DNA of 64,000 bases. It comes from Eledone cirrhosa. Lineage: Eukaryota. Position 1 is the first letter of the stretch, and each line of letters starts with the position of its first letter. The notes beneath the pieces are model-generated. The model was given only the letters and a program-made list of their open reading frames with translations, made no database searches and was not told the origin of the DNA. This document shows positions 1 through 11,445 of this stretch, in pieces. The stretch spans positions 1,798,001 to 1,862,000 of the forward strand of contig OZ024763.1 of NCBI GenBank assembly GCA_964016885.1. The letters are read 5' to 3'. Position numbers and translations under genes: made by a program.

Positions 1-317
1 TTGGCTTGCCCCTAAATATTCCGCTAACCCTTGTAATGTGGTGTGTGGCCGATTGTCGCATTTGGTAGTGAATTGATGGTAGTTTTTGTTTTTACTTTTG
101 CTTTTGCTTCCCCCTTTTTCTTTTTTTTTCTTCTATTTAATCTTATATATTTAAGTATTCTATATATTATTTGTGTCTATTTTCATTCTGTAAGAATTAT
201 AAATAATTTTTAATTTTATTTATACAATTGTGATTAGACTTAGTTTGTCATCTTTACGGAATCGATAAAATAAAGTACTAGTAATCTCCTACCCTTTCTC
301 CCTCTCGGAGTCTCTAC

Positions 318-1919
318 GGGTGTTATCAATGAATATGACCTTCAAACCAGTCGGAAATGACAGACTTTGTAGAAAATGGAAAGAAAAGGGGCGCAAAGAC
401 CATCGGTGTGTCGCAGATATACACCTCTCGCATTTGGTTAGAAATAATTATTTTTCCTAGTTCTTCGTGTGCTCCGAACATTCTGCGAAGGTCTTTTTTC
501 CCGGAAAATGGAGGGGACAGGGTGATCCTTTGGATCACTCTATCCTTAATCCTAACTCTAACCATAATCCTAACTCTAATCCTAACTCTAACCATAATCC
601 TAACTCTAACTCTAAACCTTACTCTAACTCTAATCCTAACTCTAAATCTAATCCTAACTCTAACTCTAATCCTAACCTTAATCTTAACTCTAACTCTAAC
701 CTTAATCCTAACTCTAACTCTAACCTTAATCCTAACTCTAACCTAAACCTAACACTGACCCTAACCTTGTCCTTAGTCTAACTCTTAACGCTAACCGTAA
801 CCCTAACCCTAGCCCCTTCATTTTCCGGAGAAAAAAAACCTCTGGGGAAGTTTTGACGTCAGATTAGTTGGCAGGACACGAAAACAACAACAAAAAAACT
901 ATCTTCCACCGAACGCGAGGGTATGTAGATCTGAGAAACTCTGATGCTCTTTCCACCCTTTCCTCCCTTTTCTACAAAACTAGTCGTTTCTGAGTTGTTT
1001 TGAGATCGTATTTGTTGATAACACGTGAAAATATAATGGTAGAGAAAACTTCGGGGAAGGAGTGATTCGGGGATGCCCCCACCTCCGTTTTCCTGAAAAA
1101 AAAAGTCGATTGCAAACATCTTTGATTTGTCGATAGCACACAAAAAAGAAACGAGGAAAAATAATTCTCATTGGGATCGTAAAAGGTGTTCTTCTAAAAC
1201 ACCAATATTTATATTCCAATTGGTATTTACTAAAACTCTGGTTATATATAGGGCTGTGGGGTGGTCGAATCGTGCTAGAATTCCTTACATTTGTTGCATC
1301 CAATCCGGTATACAGACTTGTCAACTTTACCCGTCAGACGGGGAGATTTGCGATAGCCTTTGGGGTGGGTGAGAGATGTCTTCTCTTGTGAAAATGGGTA
1401 TAGATTTCATTATGTAAAATCTCTCCATTTTTGCCTCATTTCGCCCCCCGTTTTGGGGGCACTTTTTGTCATGGTACTTCCCGTTTGAGTTTTTAGAGGT
1501 TGGCAGGTCTGTGGGTCTGTGGTATACCACGTGTGTCCGCTGGCACATACCCGTGTCGCAGATTGGGCAGTTAGTCAACGTCGCATTAGTTGTTGTCTGT
1601 GGATCGCTTTTTAGATAGGTGTCCAGTATCCACGCAATGAAGGGCCGGCGTGAGCTAATTGTATGTCCAGTCCTTTTTTGCGGATGTCTCAGCAGATAGC
1701 TGTGGCTATGTTTTCGCTGAAGTGTGGTATTTTCATGAAGCAATGCTGCCATTTAATCGGCAGTTTACTCTCTCTGCTTAATAAGGAAGTTTTATTATTG
1801 TTTTTTTTTTTATGCATGCCCCTCCCCCTCTCACATTATGGTCTCACTTCATACCAGACAACACATCCAATACAGTCGTTTTCTCTGTTCTCCCGGGCGA
1901 AGCCGGGTACCTCAGCTAG
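318..1919 (+). mobile_element. Putative non-autonomous Helitron-like element (3' end well defined, 5' end uncertain)
   Basis: CCCGG-gcgaag-CCGGG hairpin (1892-1907) followed 8 nt later by CTAG|T (1916-1920), the canonical Helitron 3' terminus. The upstream region holds diverged inverted repeats and a telomere-like array. The 5' TC boundary was not identified. Confidence 0.55.
541..812 (+). repeat. Degenerate telomere-like hexamer array (CCTAAC/CTCTAA/CCCTAA)
   Basis: Hexamer periodicity ending in ccgtaaccctaaccctagccc, flanked by diverged inverted repeats (~318-525 vs ~808-1025). Confidence 0.85.
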
Positions 1920-2684
1920 TATAGTACGAAATTATAAATGTATCAAACAAAAGTAGGGGGCTTAGAAAATATATTTTAACCGAATATTATTGTTGTTTTA
2001 TTATCAACAAAACATAAAAATTACAAATAATGTCCACATTTTTCTGCGGACCACCAATATTTTCTCTCGGACCATCGCTTGGCGACTGTTGATTTACACT
2101 TTAAGTGTAATGTAAATTTAAAACTACCAAGGGAGGCAACCACTGCTGTATTATTTGGTGCAGACGACAGAACCATGTCGTATTATTTGTCTGAGTTTCG
2201 TTCTTACATTTTTATATATTTAAGTCTAAAAAAAAGAGAAAATTCCGCCTGTTTGACGGGGGCTATTTTTATTTGGCACTATTTCCTGCTCAGCTTCCTT
2301 GGCATTCATTGCTTTGAAATATTTTTTGCTGAGGCATAGGAAACCAACGAATCATAGCTTAAAAAATTAACAAAATAAAACAACAAAAAACAAAACAATT
2401 TAATACAAAACACCAATAATAATTATAGTCATTAATTTTTAATTAAATATGTGACCTTAGGTGGGGAGTCTCTATTTCTAAATTGTAAAGTATTTAATTT
2501 AATATATATATATTTTTTGTATGTGTTTCTTTAAGGCAGCTTTTTTTTTTTAATTCCTTTCTAAAATATTTTTATGTACTCTATATGCTGCAAACAAATA
2601 ACAGTTTACTGAATGAAGAATTTGTGAAGCTTTTTATGCTTTTGAGGAAATGAATTTTTGCAAGCGACATAGGGATAAGTGCAA

Positions 2685-2848
2685 ATATAGCTGTGTAGTT
2701 AAATAACTTGTTATGCAACCAACAACCATGTGATTTTGTGTTTAATTTCTACTGTGTGACATCTTTAGTCAACTAACTTACTTCTACTATAGCTTTGGGT
2801 TGACTGATATCTTATGAGATTTTGGTAAACAGAAACTGGGTATAAGCC

Positions 2849-2850
<2 letters not shown>
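2685..2850 (+). mobile_element. Old, degenerate tRNA-head SINE fragment
   Basis: agctgtgtagttaaataacttg...cttctactatagctttgggttgac...gatttggtaaacagaaactg resembles (from memory) a common octopus SINE head. It is related to the fragments at 11390-11445 and 12410-12455. Confidence 0.45.
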
Positions 2851-2887
<37 letters not shown>

Positions 2888-2890
<3 letters not shown>

Positions 2891-2958
2891 TCATCATTTC
2901 ATTTTTACGTCCGCTTTTCCCTGCTTGCAAGGTGGGACGGGAACTGATTCTGACTTGT
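2888..2958 (-). mobile_element. SINE family A / RTE 3' tail fragment
   Basis: Reverse complement matches the 3' end of the SINE at 3729-4077 (cttgcaagcagggaaaagcggacgtaaaatgaaatgatgat). Confidence 0.8.
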
Positions 2959-2983
2959 ATATATATATATATATATATATATA

Positions 2984-3120
2984 CGTTATTCCGGGTTGAA
3001 TCGGAGGTAACCACAGTAAGTAAGGTACTCAATACATAGCAGAGTATAAAAGTTTTAATATAGAAGAGATTCTACAGGACTAGAACTGTTTCATTCATTA
3101 GAAATCATCAGGAATCTGAT
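2984..3120 (-). mobile_element. Penelope-like pLTR fragment, family P1, with hammerhead ribozyme
   Basis: Near-identical copies at 39457-39590, 47785-47888 and 56114-56301, all in or beside (TA)n. Contains a hammerhead fold on the minus strand. Confidence 0.7.
3067..3117 (-). ncRNA. Type I hammerhead ribozyme (P1)
   Basis: Minus strand: AGAUUC-CUGAUGA-u UUC uaau GAA u-GAAA-CAG uucuaguc CUG-UA-GAAUCU. Stem I 6 bp, stem III CAG/CUG, GUA cleavage triplet. Confidence 0.7.
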
Positions 3121-3129
3121 AAATATATA

Positions 3130-3300
3130 AAAACAGATTAAAGTTTAAGCAAAGAATCACTGCTTTCACCCTTAATGATTCTTTGCTTAAACTTTAATCT
3201 GTTATTTTAATAAATATTTGCTCTAGGGTTCTTATATTTGATATATATTTATCCTTATCGAGCCCTCTTTGGATTTTAGTCTTCACATTTATTATTACTA
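3130..3300. mobile_element. Fold-back element, family P2 (second copy at 45940-46197)
   Basis: Hairpin aacagattaaagtttaagcaaagaatca...tgattctttgcttaaactttaatctgtt (~3132-3203). The remainder is the reverse complement of 45940-46180. Confidence 0.6.
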
Positions 3301-3479
3301 CTATATATAAATATATATATATATAAATATATATATATATAGTTAAAACGATATTGGTGATGGTCTAAAGTTTGTCCCATTCCTGGAGGTTCCTCTGGCC
3401 AGTACTTATCTCAATTTCCTTGGCATTAAGCAACTGAGAATATAAAACCTCCTCTGGGCAGGATGTCAGTCCATAGCGT

Positions 3480-4690
3480 TGCCACAGATAATAGCCAGCA
3501 CCACCCATTGCAACAGTCACCCTACCTCACAGGGCCGCTTCCTATTCACTTACAATTTAGTTTACCTCTGGTACTGCAAAAGGTTCTAGTATCCCTCTAC
3601 CTTAAAGTGCTGTTGGTATATTTAGATGTGATAGATTTCCTGGATATTGGATATATAGATGTGTTGATTAGATTTACTGGATATAGGATACTGGATATAT
3701 AAATATGATGAGGCATATATATAAATATGGAGGCACATGGCTTAGTGGTTAGAGCATTGGCCTTGCAATCGAAAGGTTGTGAGTTCAATTTTCAGACTAG
3801 GTGATGTGTTGTTTCCTTGAGCAAGACACTTTATTTCACATCGCTCCAGTTTACTCAGCTGTAGAAATGAGATTATTAGGACTGGGGTCCATATCATTCC
3901 ACTGCAGAGTGGTCGTGGAGGTGCCACGGCAAAAAAAAGCACCCAGCACTCACTGTAAATGAGGTTGGTGTTAGGAAGGGCATCCAGCTGTAGAAATCAA
4001 GCCAGAATCAGTTCCCATCCCACCCTTGCAAGCAGGGAAAAGCGGACGTAAAATGAAATGATGATGATGATGATGACTGAGAGTTGCTGGAAATTGCCCA
4101 CAGACAATTTGGCAAAGGCATTGCCACAGACAGTGCTCAATGACACCTGCTACAACAGTCACCCCACCTCACAAGGCCCTTTCTTCTTATGCACTTGCAT
4201 CTTACTTTACTTCTGATACTAAAAAAGGTTCTGTTATTCCTCTTTCTTAAAGTGCTGTTCGTATATTTAGATGTGATGTTGAGGTTTCCTGGAGACTGGT
4301 CAAGGACAGTGACCAACAACACCCACTACTTCACAGCCACCCTACTTCACAGGGCCCCTTCCTCTGCACTTGCAATTTACCTAACTTCTGATACTAAAAA
4401 AGGTTTTAATATCCCCATATCTTAAAGTGCTGTTGGTATATTTAGATGTGTTCACTAAATTTACTGGATATGATGGATATTGCCCACAGACAATTTGGCA
4501 AAGGCATTGCAGTGGACAATGGTCAACAGTCACCCTACTTCATAAAGGCTTCTTCCTACGCACTTGCAATTTACTTTATCTTTGGTACTAAAAAAGTTTC
4601 TGTTATTCTCCTATCTTAAAGTACTGTTGGATATATAGATGTGATAAATAGATTCACTGGTTATTTGATACTAGATATATAGATATGCTG
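3480..4690 (+). repeat. Degenerate ~180-200 bp tandem repeat (4 copies), interrupted by a SINE A insertion
   Basis: The motif caacagtcaccctac...cttaaagtgctgttggtatatttagatgtg recurs near 3511, 4152, 4335 and 4524. Confidence 0.75.
3729..4077 (+). mobile_element. SINE family A: tRNA head, CORE-like segment, RTE-derived tail
   Basis: A box (tggcttagtgg), B box (gagttcaatt), ccttgagcaagacactt core, tail ggaagggcatccagctgtagaaa...ggacgtaaaatga(tga)n. Five full copies in the window. Confidence 0.9.
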
Positions 4691-4929
4691 GCTATATAGC
4701 TATATAGATATATTGATGTAAGTGTTAGTTTAAATCACACTAAATGGCCTTCAACTTTGATCTTTACTTGTCTAAATAGTCTCTTAATTCCAGTATTTTT
4801 CACTTGGTGGTATTTCTTATCACAGCTGTAGTGATAGTCAGGTCAAATGGTTCTTCACAGCTGTGGGAGATAAACTGTTAATGGACTCATCTATCTCTGA
4901 TATTCCTCTATCTTTGTTCACCACCACCA

Positions 4930-5585
4930 GCTCTCTCTCTTTCTCTTATAGGATCCCCCCCACCTCTTTTTCTTTCATAAGACCACCACCACCTCTTTTT
5001 CTTTCATAAGACCACCACCACCTCTTTTTCTTTCATAAGACCACCACCATCTCTTTCTTTCATAAGACCACCACCATCTCTCTCTCTTTCTCATAAGATC
5101 ACCACCATCTCACTCTCTTTTTATTTCTCTCTCTTCTCGCTCCCCCCTCTCCCACTCTCTCTCTCCCACTCTCTCTCTCCCACTCTCTCTCTCCCACTCT
5201 CTCTCTCCCACTCTCTCTCTCCCACTCTCTCTCTCCCACTCTCTCTCTCTCTCCCCCACTCTCTCTCTCACTCTCTCTCTCTCCCACTCTCTCTCTCTCT
5301 CACTCTCTCTCTCTCCCACTCTCTCTCCCACTCTCTCTCCCACTCTCTCTCCCACTCTCTCTCTCCCTCTCTCTCTCCCACTCTCTCTCTTCCACTCTCT
5401 CTCTCTCTCTCTCCCACTCTCTCTCTCCCACTCTCTCTCTCCCACACTCTCTCCCACTCTCTCTCTCCCTCTCTCTCTCCCTCTCTCTCTCCCTCTCTCT
5501 CTCCCACTCTCTCTCTTCCACTCTCTCTCTTCCACTCTCTCTCTTCCACTCTCTCTCTCCCTCTCTCTTTCCCTCTCCATCTCAC
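4930..5585 (+). repeat. Short tandem (cataagaccaccacc..) followed by a (CT)n/CCCACT pyrimidine array
   Basis: Visible periodicity. Confidence 0.9.
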
Positions 5586-5650
5586 ACACAGCTATGTAGC
5601 TAAGAAGTTGTCAACATCCTAAAATTAAGTTATATCCAGTGTGAAGCACA

Positions 5651-5858
5651 TTAGGTCAACCAAAGCCAAATGAGAGTAAACATTTCTTCAAGAGGAATCT
5701 TATAGAAACTCATCAAATTGGCTGCTGTTGCTGCTGCTGTTGCTGCTGCTGTTGTTGTTGTTGTTAAGTATTTAAGTGGTACACTTAATCCATCTCTCTG
5801 TTTAACACCAGAATCTGACCTTTGATGGTCTTCAATAATCTTCTTCTTATAAACCATC
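5651..5858 (-). other. Possible terminal coding exon of an unidentified host gene
   Basis: Pyrimidine tract plus AG acceptor (ttccctcctag|G) directly before a 68-codon open frame in unique sequence, ending in hydrophobic FTLIWLWLT*. No other exons identified. Confidence 0.2.
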
Positions 5859-5930
5859 CTAGGAGGGAATTGAATTAGAACAGAAAAGTGGGACTAAATT
5901 TATCTTTTACCTTTCTTGGGGTTGATAGAG

Positions 5931-8263
5931 AAAAGTACCAGTCATACACTGAGGTTGATTTAATATTCTTGTAAAGCAGTACCAGTCATACACTGAGGTT
6001 GATTTAATATTCTTGTAAAGCAGTACCAGTCATACACTGAGGTTGATTTAATATTCTTGTAAAGCAGTACCAGTCATACACTGGGGTAGATTTAATATTC
6101 TTGTAAAGCAGTACCAGTCATACACTGAGGTTGATTTAATATTCTTGTAAAGCAGTACCAGTCATACACTGGTGTTGATTTAATATTCTTGTAAAGCAGT
6201 ACCAGTCATACACTGAGGTTGATTTAATATTCTTGTAAAGCAGTACCAGTCATACACTGAGGTTGATTTAATATTCTTGTAAAGCAGTACCAGTCATACA
6301 CTGAGGTTGATTTAATATTCTTGTAAAGCAGTACCAGTCATACACTGAGGTTGATTTAATATTCTTGTAAAGCAGTACCAGTCATACACTGAGGTTGATT
6401 TAATATTCTTGTAAAGCAGTACCAGTCATACACTGGGGTAGATTTAATATTCTTGTAAAGCAGTACCAGTCATCCACTGGGGTAGATTTAATATTCTTGT
6501 AAAGCAGTACCAGTCATACACTGGGGTTGATTTAATATTCTTGTAAAGCAGTACCAGTCATACACTGAGGTTGATTTAATATTCTTGTAAAGCAGTACCA
6601 GTCATACACTGAGGTTGATTTAATATTCTTGTAAAGCAGTACCAGTCATACACTGAGGTTGATTTAATATTCTTGTAAAGCAGTACCAGTCATACACTGA
6701 GGTTGATTTAATATTCTTGTAAAGCAGTACCAGTCATACACTGAGGTTGATTTAATATTCTTGTAAAGCAGTACCAGTCATACACTGAGGTTGATTTAAT
6801 ATTCTTGTAAAGCAGTACCAGTCATACACTGAGGTTGATTTAATATTCTTGTAAAGCAGTACCAGTCATACACTGAGGTTGATTTAATATTCTTGTAAAG
6901 CAGTACCAGTCATACACTGAGGTTGATTTAATATTCTTGTAAAGCAGTACCAGTCATACACTGAGGTAGATTTAATATTCTTGTAAAGCAGTACCAGTCA
7001 TACACTGGGGTAGATTTAATATTCTTGTAAAGCAGTACCAGTCATACACTGAGGTTGATTTAATATTCTTGTAAAGCAGTACCAGTCATACACTGAGGTT
7101 GATTTAATATTCTTGTAAAGCAGTACCAGTCATACACTGAGGTTGATTTAATATTCTTGTAAAGCAGTACCAGTCATACACTGGGGTAGATTTAATATTC
7201 TTGTAAAGCAGTACCAGTCATACACTGAGGTTGATTTAATATTCTTGTAAAGCAGTACCAGTCATACACTGGGGTTGATTTAATATTCTTGTAAAGCAGT
7301 ACCAGTCATACACTGGGGTAGATTTAATATTCTTGTAAAGCAGTACCAGTCATACACTGAGGTTGATTTAATATTCTTGTAAAGCAGTACCAGTCATACA
7401 CTGGGGTTGATTTAATATTCTTGTAAAGCAGTACCAGTCATACACTGGGGTTGATTTAATATTCTTGTAAAGCAGTACCAGTCATACACTGAGGTTGATT
7501 TAATATTCTTGTAAAGCAGTACCAGTCATACACTGAGGTTGATTTAATATTCTTGTAAAGCAGTACCAGTCATACACTGAGGTTGATTTAATATTCTTGT
7601 AAAGCAGTACCAGTCATACACTGTGGTTGATTTAATATTCTTGTAAAGCAGTACCAGTCATACACTGAGGTTGATTTAATATTCTTGTAAAGCAGTACCA
7701 GTCATACACTGGGGTTGATTTAATATTCTTGTAAAGCAGTACCAGTCATACACTGAGGTTGATTTAATATTCTTGTAAAGCAGTACCAGTCATACACTGG
7801 GGTAGATTTAATATTCTTGTAAAGCAGTACCAGTCATACACTGGGGTAGATTTAATATTCTTGTAAAGCAGTACCAGTCATACACTGAGGTTGATTTAAT
7901 ATTCTTGTAAAGCAGTACCAGTCATACACTGAGGTTGATTTAATATTCTTGTAAAGCAGTACCAGTCATACACTGAGGTTGATTTAATATTCTTGTAAAG
8001 CAGTACCAGTCATACACTGAGGTTGATTTAATATTCTTGTAAAGCAGTACCAGTCATACACTGAGGTTGATTTAATATTCTTGTAAAGCAGTACCAGTCA
8101 TACACTGAGGTTGATTTAATATTCTTGTAAAGCAGTACCAGTCATACACTGAGGTTGATTTAATATTCTTGTAAAGCAGTACCAGTCATACACTGAGGTT
8201 GATTTAATATTCTTGTAAAGCAGTACCAGTCATACACTGGGGTAGATTTAATATTCCTGTAAA
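5931..8263 (+). repeat. 44-bp tandem satellite (~53 copies)
   Basis: Unit aaagcagtaccagtcatacactgaggttgatttaatattcttgt. Variation is almost entirely limited to gaggtt/ggggtt/ggggta. Confidence 0.97.
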
Positions 8264-8760
8264 CAATTAGAACTAACTTTACATGTTATCCTTCCAGGGG
8301 TGGGGTGGGTCAAAATTTAAAAGTACCAGTCAAATACTGAGGTAGATTTAATATTCCTGTAAAGCAACGTTTACATAAATGGAAATTATAATAAACAGTT
8401 TAAGAAGACTATAAAGGATGACAGAAAATCGCCCACTGCTGGGTTTCAATTTAAAATGTGGAAGGACAATCTATGAACACACTGCAAGATGTTAAATAAT
8501 TCAATAATTTAATAATTCTGACAATTTCGACAGGCGAAACTCCACTGCAATAAACATAAAATCTTGTGATTCCATCAGTGATAAAAAAAGAGACTGCTGT
8601 ACACTTTAAATTATTAAAGAGGCAATGTATCCAGTCTTCTTCTACAGAATACTACAGTCAAACTGATTACTGAATCAGCTTGTCTACAGAACAGCATGGG
8701 TGTTGTTTGGTACCAATGGATCTATAGATAGATAGATAGGTTGATAGATAAGATAGATAG

Positions 8761-9378
8761 ATATATTTCTTTATTAGCCACAGGGGCACAAAAGAAGGGG
8801 ACAAATACAAAGGGGGAAGTTTACATACAATAAAAACGTGTAAAATGTTATCACAAATGGAATTTAAAAAAGTTAGTCGATTTTCCCCAATAGAGGGAGA
8901 CAGTTTATATGGGTAACACATACTCCCGAAAAAAAATGTGCAACCCTCATCTCCAGGAGTACGAAGAGTTTGTACTCCTTTCCTCTCCTCCTCCTTTTCC
9001 TCAACCTACAGGCTGATATAGAGAGAAGGCCCATTCACTCGGGCCATTCTTGCCACTTTCACCCACCTTTCATAAAACTTGCTGGGGTACAGCACCTCTC
9101 TCTCCATCCTGATTCTTCTTCCAAAGTGGTATTTGAAAAAAAGAATCAGTTGTTGGCCGGAGAGAAAGGTGTCTGACCTCAGCCCTTTCAACCTTGTCCA
9201 CCATACAACCTCTTTCGCCATAGCTATCACACAAAGGAAAACCGCCTCTCCTTCGTTTTTGAAGGAGGGTGGCGGTTTGATCATGACAATGGACTCGGTG
9301 GTCAACTGGATTGGTCCCACCCGCGACAACAGTCGTTCTACATAGCCCCACAGGTCAGTGACGCCCGGGCAGTGTATG
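8761..9378 (-). mobile_element. 5'-truncated L1/Tx1-clade non-LTR retrotransposon (ORF2 C-terminus plus 3' UTR) in (GATA)n
   Basis: Frame IHCPGVTDLWGYVE...AMAKEVVWWTR...RIRMERE...FYERW resembles the Tx1/L1 post-zinc-knuckle C-terminus. AATAAA then (CTAT)n at the 3' end, and GATA repeats at the 5' junction. Confidence 0.75.
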
Positions 9379-9396
9379 ATAGATAGATAGATAGTT

Positions 9397-9438
<42 letters not shown>

Positions 9439-9475
9439 GTAGATAGGTAGGTAGATAGAGATATAAGTAGATAGA

Positions 9476-9615
9476 TATGTTTCTGTATTAGCCACAGGGG
9501 CACAAAAGAAGGGGACAAATACAAAGGGGGAAGTTTACATACAATAAAAACGTGTAAAATATTATCACAAATGCAATTTAAAAGTTAATCGATTTTCCCC
9601 AATAGGGGGAGACAT
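9476..9615 (-). mobile_element. Tx1-like 3' UTR fragment
   Basis: Near-identical to 8765-8900, flanked by GATA repeats. Confidence 0.8.
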
Positions 9616-9857
9616 TGCATAGATAGTTAAATAGATAAGTAGATAGATAAAGTAGATAGATAGATATAGATGGATACAGATAGACAGGTAGATAGATATA
9701 GATAGATAGAAAGGTAGATAAGAAGAAATATTGATAGATATATAGATAGATATAGACGCATAGGAAGATAGGTAGATATGTAAGTTGAGAGGTGGTGTCG
9801 ATAGATTTCTTTATTAGACAGACAGCCAGACAGACAGATAGATAGATACACAGATAA

Positions 9858-10283
9858 CTTTCTTTTTATTTGCCACCAGGGCGTCAAAGAGTGGGACAAG
9901 TACAATGTGGGGGAGTTTACATAAAAAGGCGTCCTCAATAAGGAGGAGGCAATAACAAAATATAAAAATATAAAATATGACAAAAATAAATTGAATAACA
10001 AAATCCTCAATAGGGAGGAGGCGCCTTGGGGGGGTCGCACACACCCCCGAAAAAATGTGCAACCCTTCTTCTCAGGAACACAGAGAGAGGGTGCTCCCTT
10101 GATCTTTCATCTTTCTCACCTACAGTCTGATGTAGAGTAAAGCCCCATTCACACGGGCCATTCTCGCCACTTTCACCCATCTTTCATAAAAACGGCTGGG
10201 GTGCAGCACCTCTCTCTCCATCTTGATCCTTCTTCCGAAATGATATCGGAAGAAACGGACCAGTTGTTGGCCAGAGAGAAAAG
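9858..10283 (-). mobile_element. Tx1-like fragment (diverged subfamily)
   Basis: Homologous to 8765-9170, with GATA/GACA repeats at its 3' end. Confidence 0.75.
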
Positions 10284-10502
10284 TTAGTTAAGTAGAAAGA
10301 TTGATAGATTACCAAACCAGCATGTCTTGTTTGGTACCAATAGATAGACTAAAGGAGAAATTTGCTATTTAGCCATTATATCAATTTTATATGATTTTAA
10401 TCCTTTTATGGGTTCCCAGTTCTCAGTCATTAAACTATGGTCAGACTGAAGCAACACTTTAAAGGGATTTAGTGGATCATCTTGTCACCCAGTGTATATA
10501 TA

Positions 10503-10833
10503 TCATCATTTCATTTTACGTCCGCTTTTCCCTGCTTGCAAGGGTGGGGGGACGGGAACTGATTTTGGCTTGATTTCTACAGCTGGATGCCCTTCCTAAC
10601 ACCAACCTCATTTACAGTGAGTGCTGGGTGCTTTTTTGCTGTGGCACCTCCACGACCACTTTGGAATGATATGGACCCCAGTCCCTATCATCTCATTTCA
10701 CAGCTGAGTAAACTGGAGCAATGTGAAATAAAGTGTCTTGCTCAAGGAAACAACACATCACCCGGTCTGAGAATTGAACTCACAACCTTTCGATTGCAAG
10801 GCCAATGCTCTAACCACTAAGCCATGTGCCTCC
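10503..10833 (-). mobile_element. SINE family A
   Basis: Reverse complement of 3729-4077. Confidence 0.9.
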
Positions 10834-10837
10834 ACCA

Positions 10838-10873
<36 letters not shown>

Positions 10874-10968
10874 CACACATACATTCAAATCTGGTCCTAA
10901 GTACTTATTTTATTGATCTCCTTTTGTCAGACTGCTCAGTTATGGTACATAACGATACACACATACAC

Positions 10969-11370
10969 AGATTTGAGAGATCACAGCTCTGATATTACGG
11001 ACATGTGGTTAGAATGTCTCAGGAAAGAATCACTGGACAGATTTTATGGGCAAAACCAACTGGCAGGAGACCCAGGGGTAGACCCACCCCAAGCAAGGTG
11101 GTTGGATAACATCCACGAGTTTGGCTGGTCTCTCGCTTCGGGATCCAGCTGGATCAGTTAGAGATGGTTGCTTCTAACATGAGACCCTGGGGTAAACTCC
11201 GAGCAAGATAGTTGGATAACATCCATGAGCTTGGCTGGTTTCTTGCTTTGGGATCCAGCCAGATCAGTTGGAGAGGATTGCTTCCAACAGGACCCGCTGG
11301 AAAGAGTGCCTGAGGATTCTGCTGCCCCCACAGCCCTCACTGGAATAAGTGGGCGGAGAAGAAGAAGGCA
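10969..11370 (+). mobile_element. Decayed RTE-clade LINE 3' end (second RTE family)
   Basis: Translates ERSQL*YYGHVVRMSQERITGQILWAKPTGRRPRGRP..RWLDNI. A homologous copy lies at 18030-18250. Confidence 0.75.
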
Positions 11371-11445
11371 TTAGTCCACAAGTGGCAGCTATATGAGAAG
11401 ACACTTGTCCAAGGTGCCACACAATAGGACTGAATCCAGAACCAA

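Noticed and set aside
541-812. True telomere
   Set aside because: Degenerate, short, internal and flanked by inverted repeats
2040-2092. hAT-like MITE end (gcggaccacc..cggaccatcg)
   Set aside because: No matching opposite terminus or TSD found
3729-3800. tRNA gene
   Set aside because: A and B boxes are present but there is no complete cloverleaf, and the sequence continues into a SINE body repeated five times in the window
5931-8263. CRISPR-like regular array
   Set aside because: Units are contiguous with no unique spacers, there are no cas genes, and the context is eukaryotic. The same applies to the arrays at 22495 and 49875.
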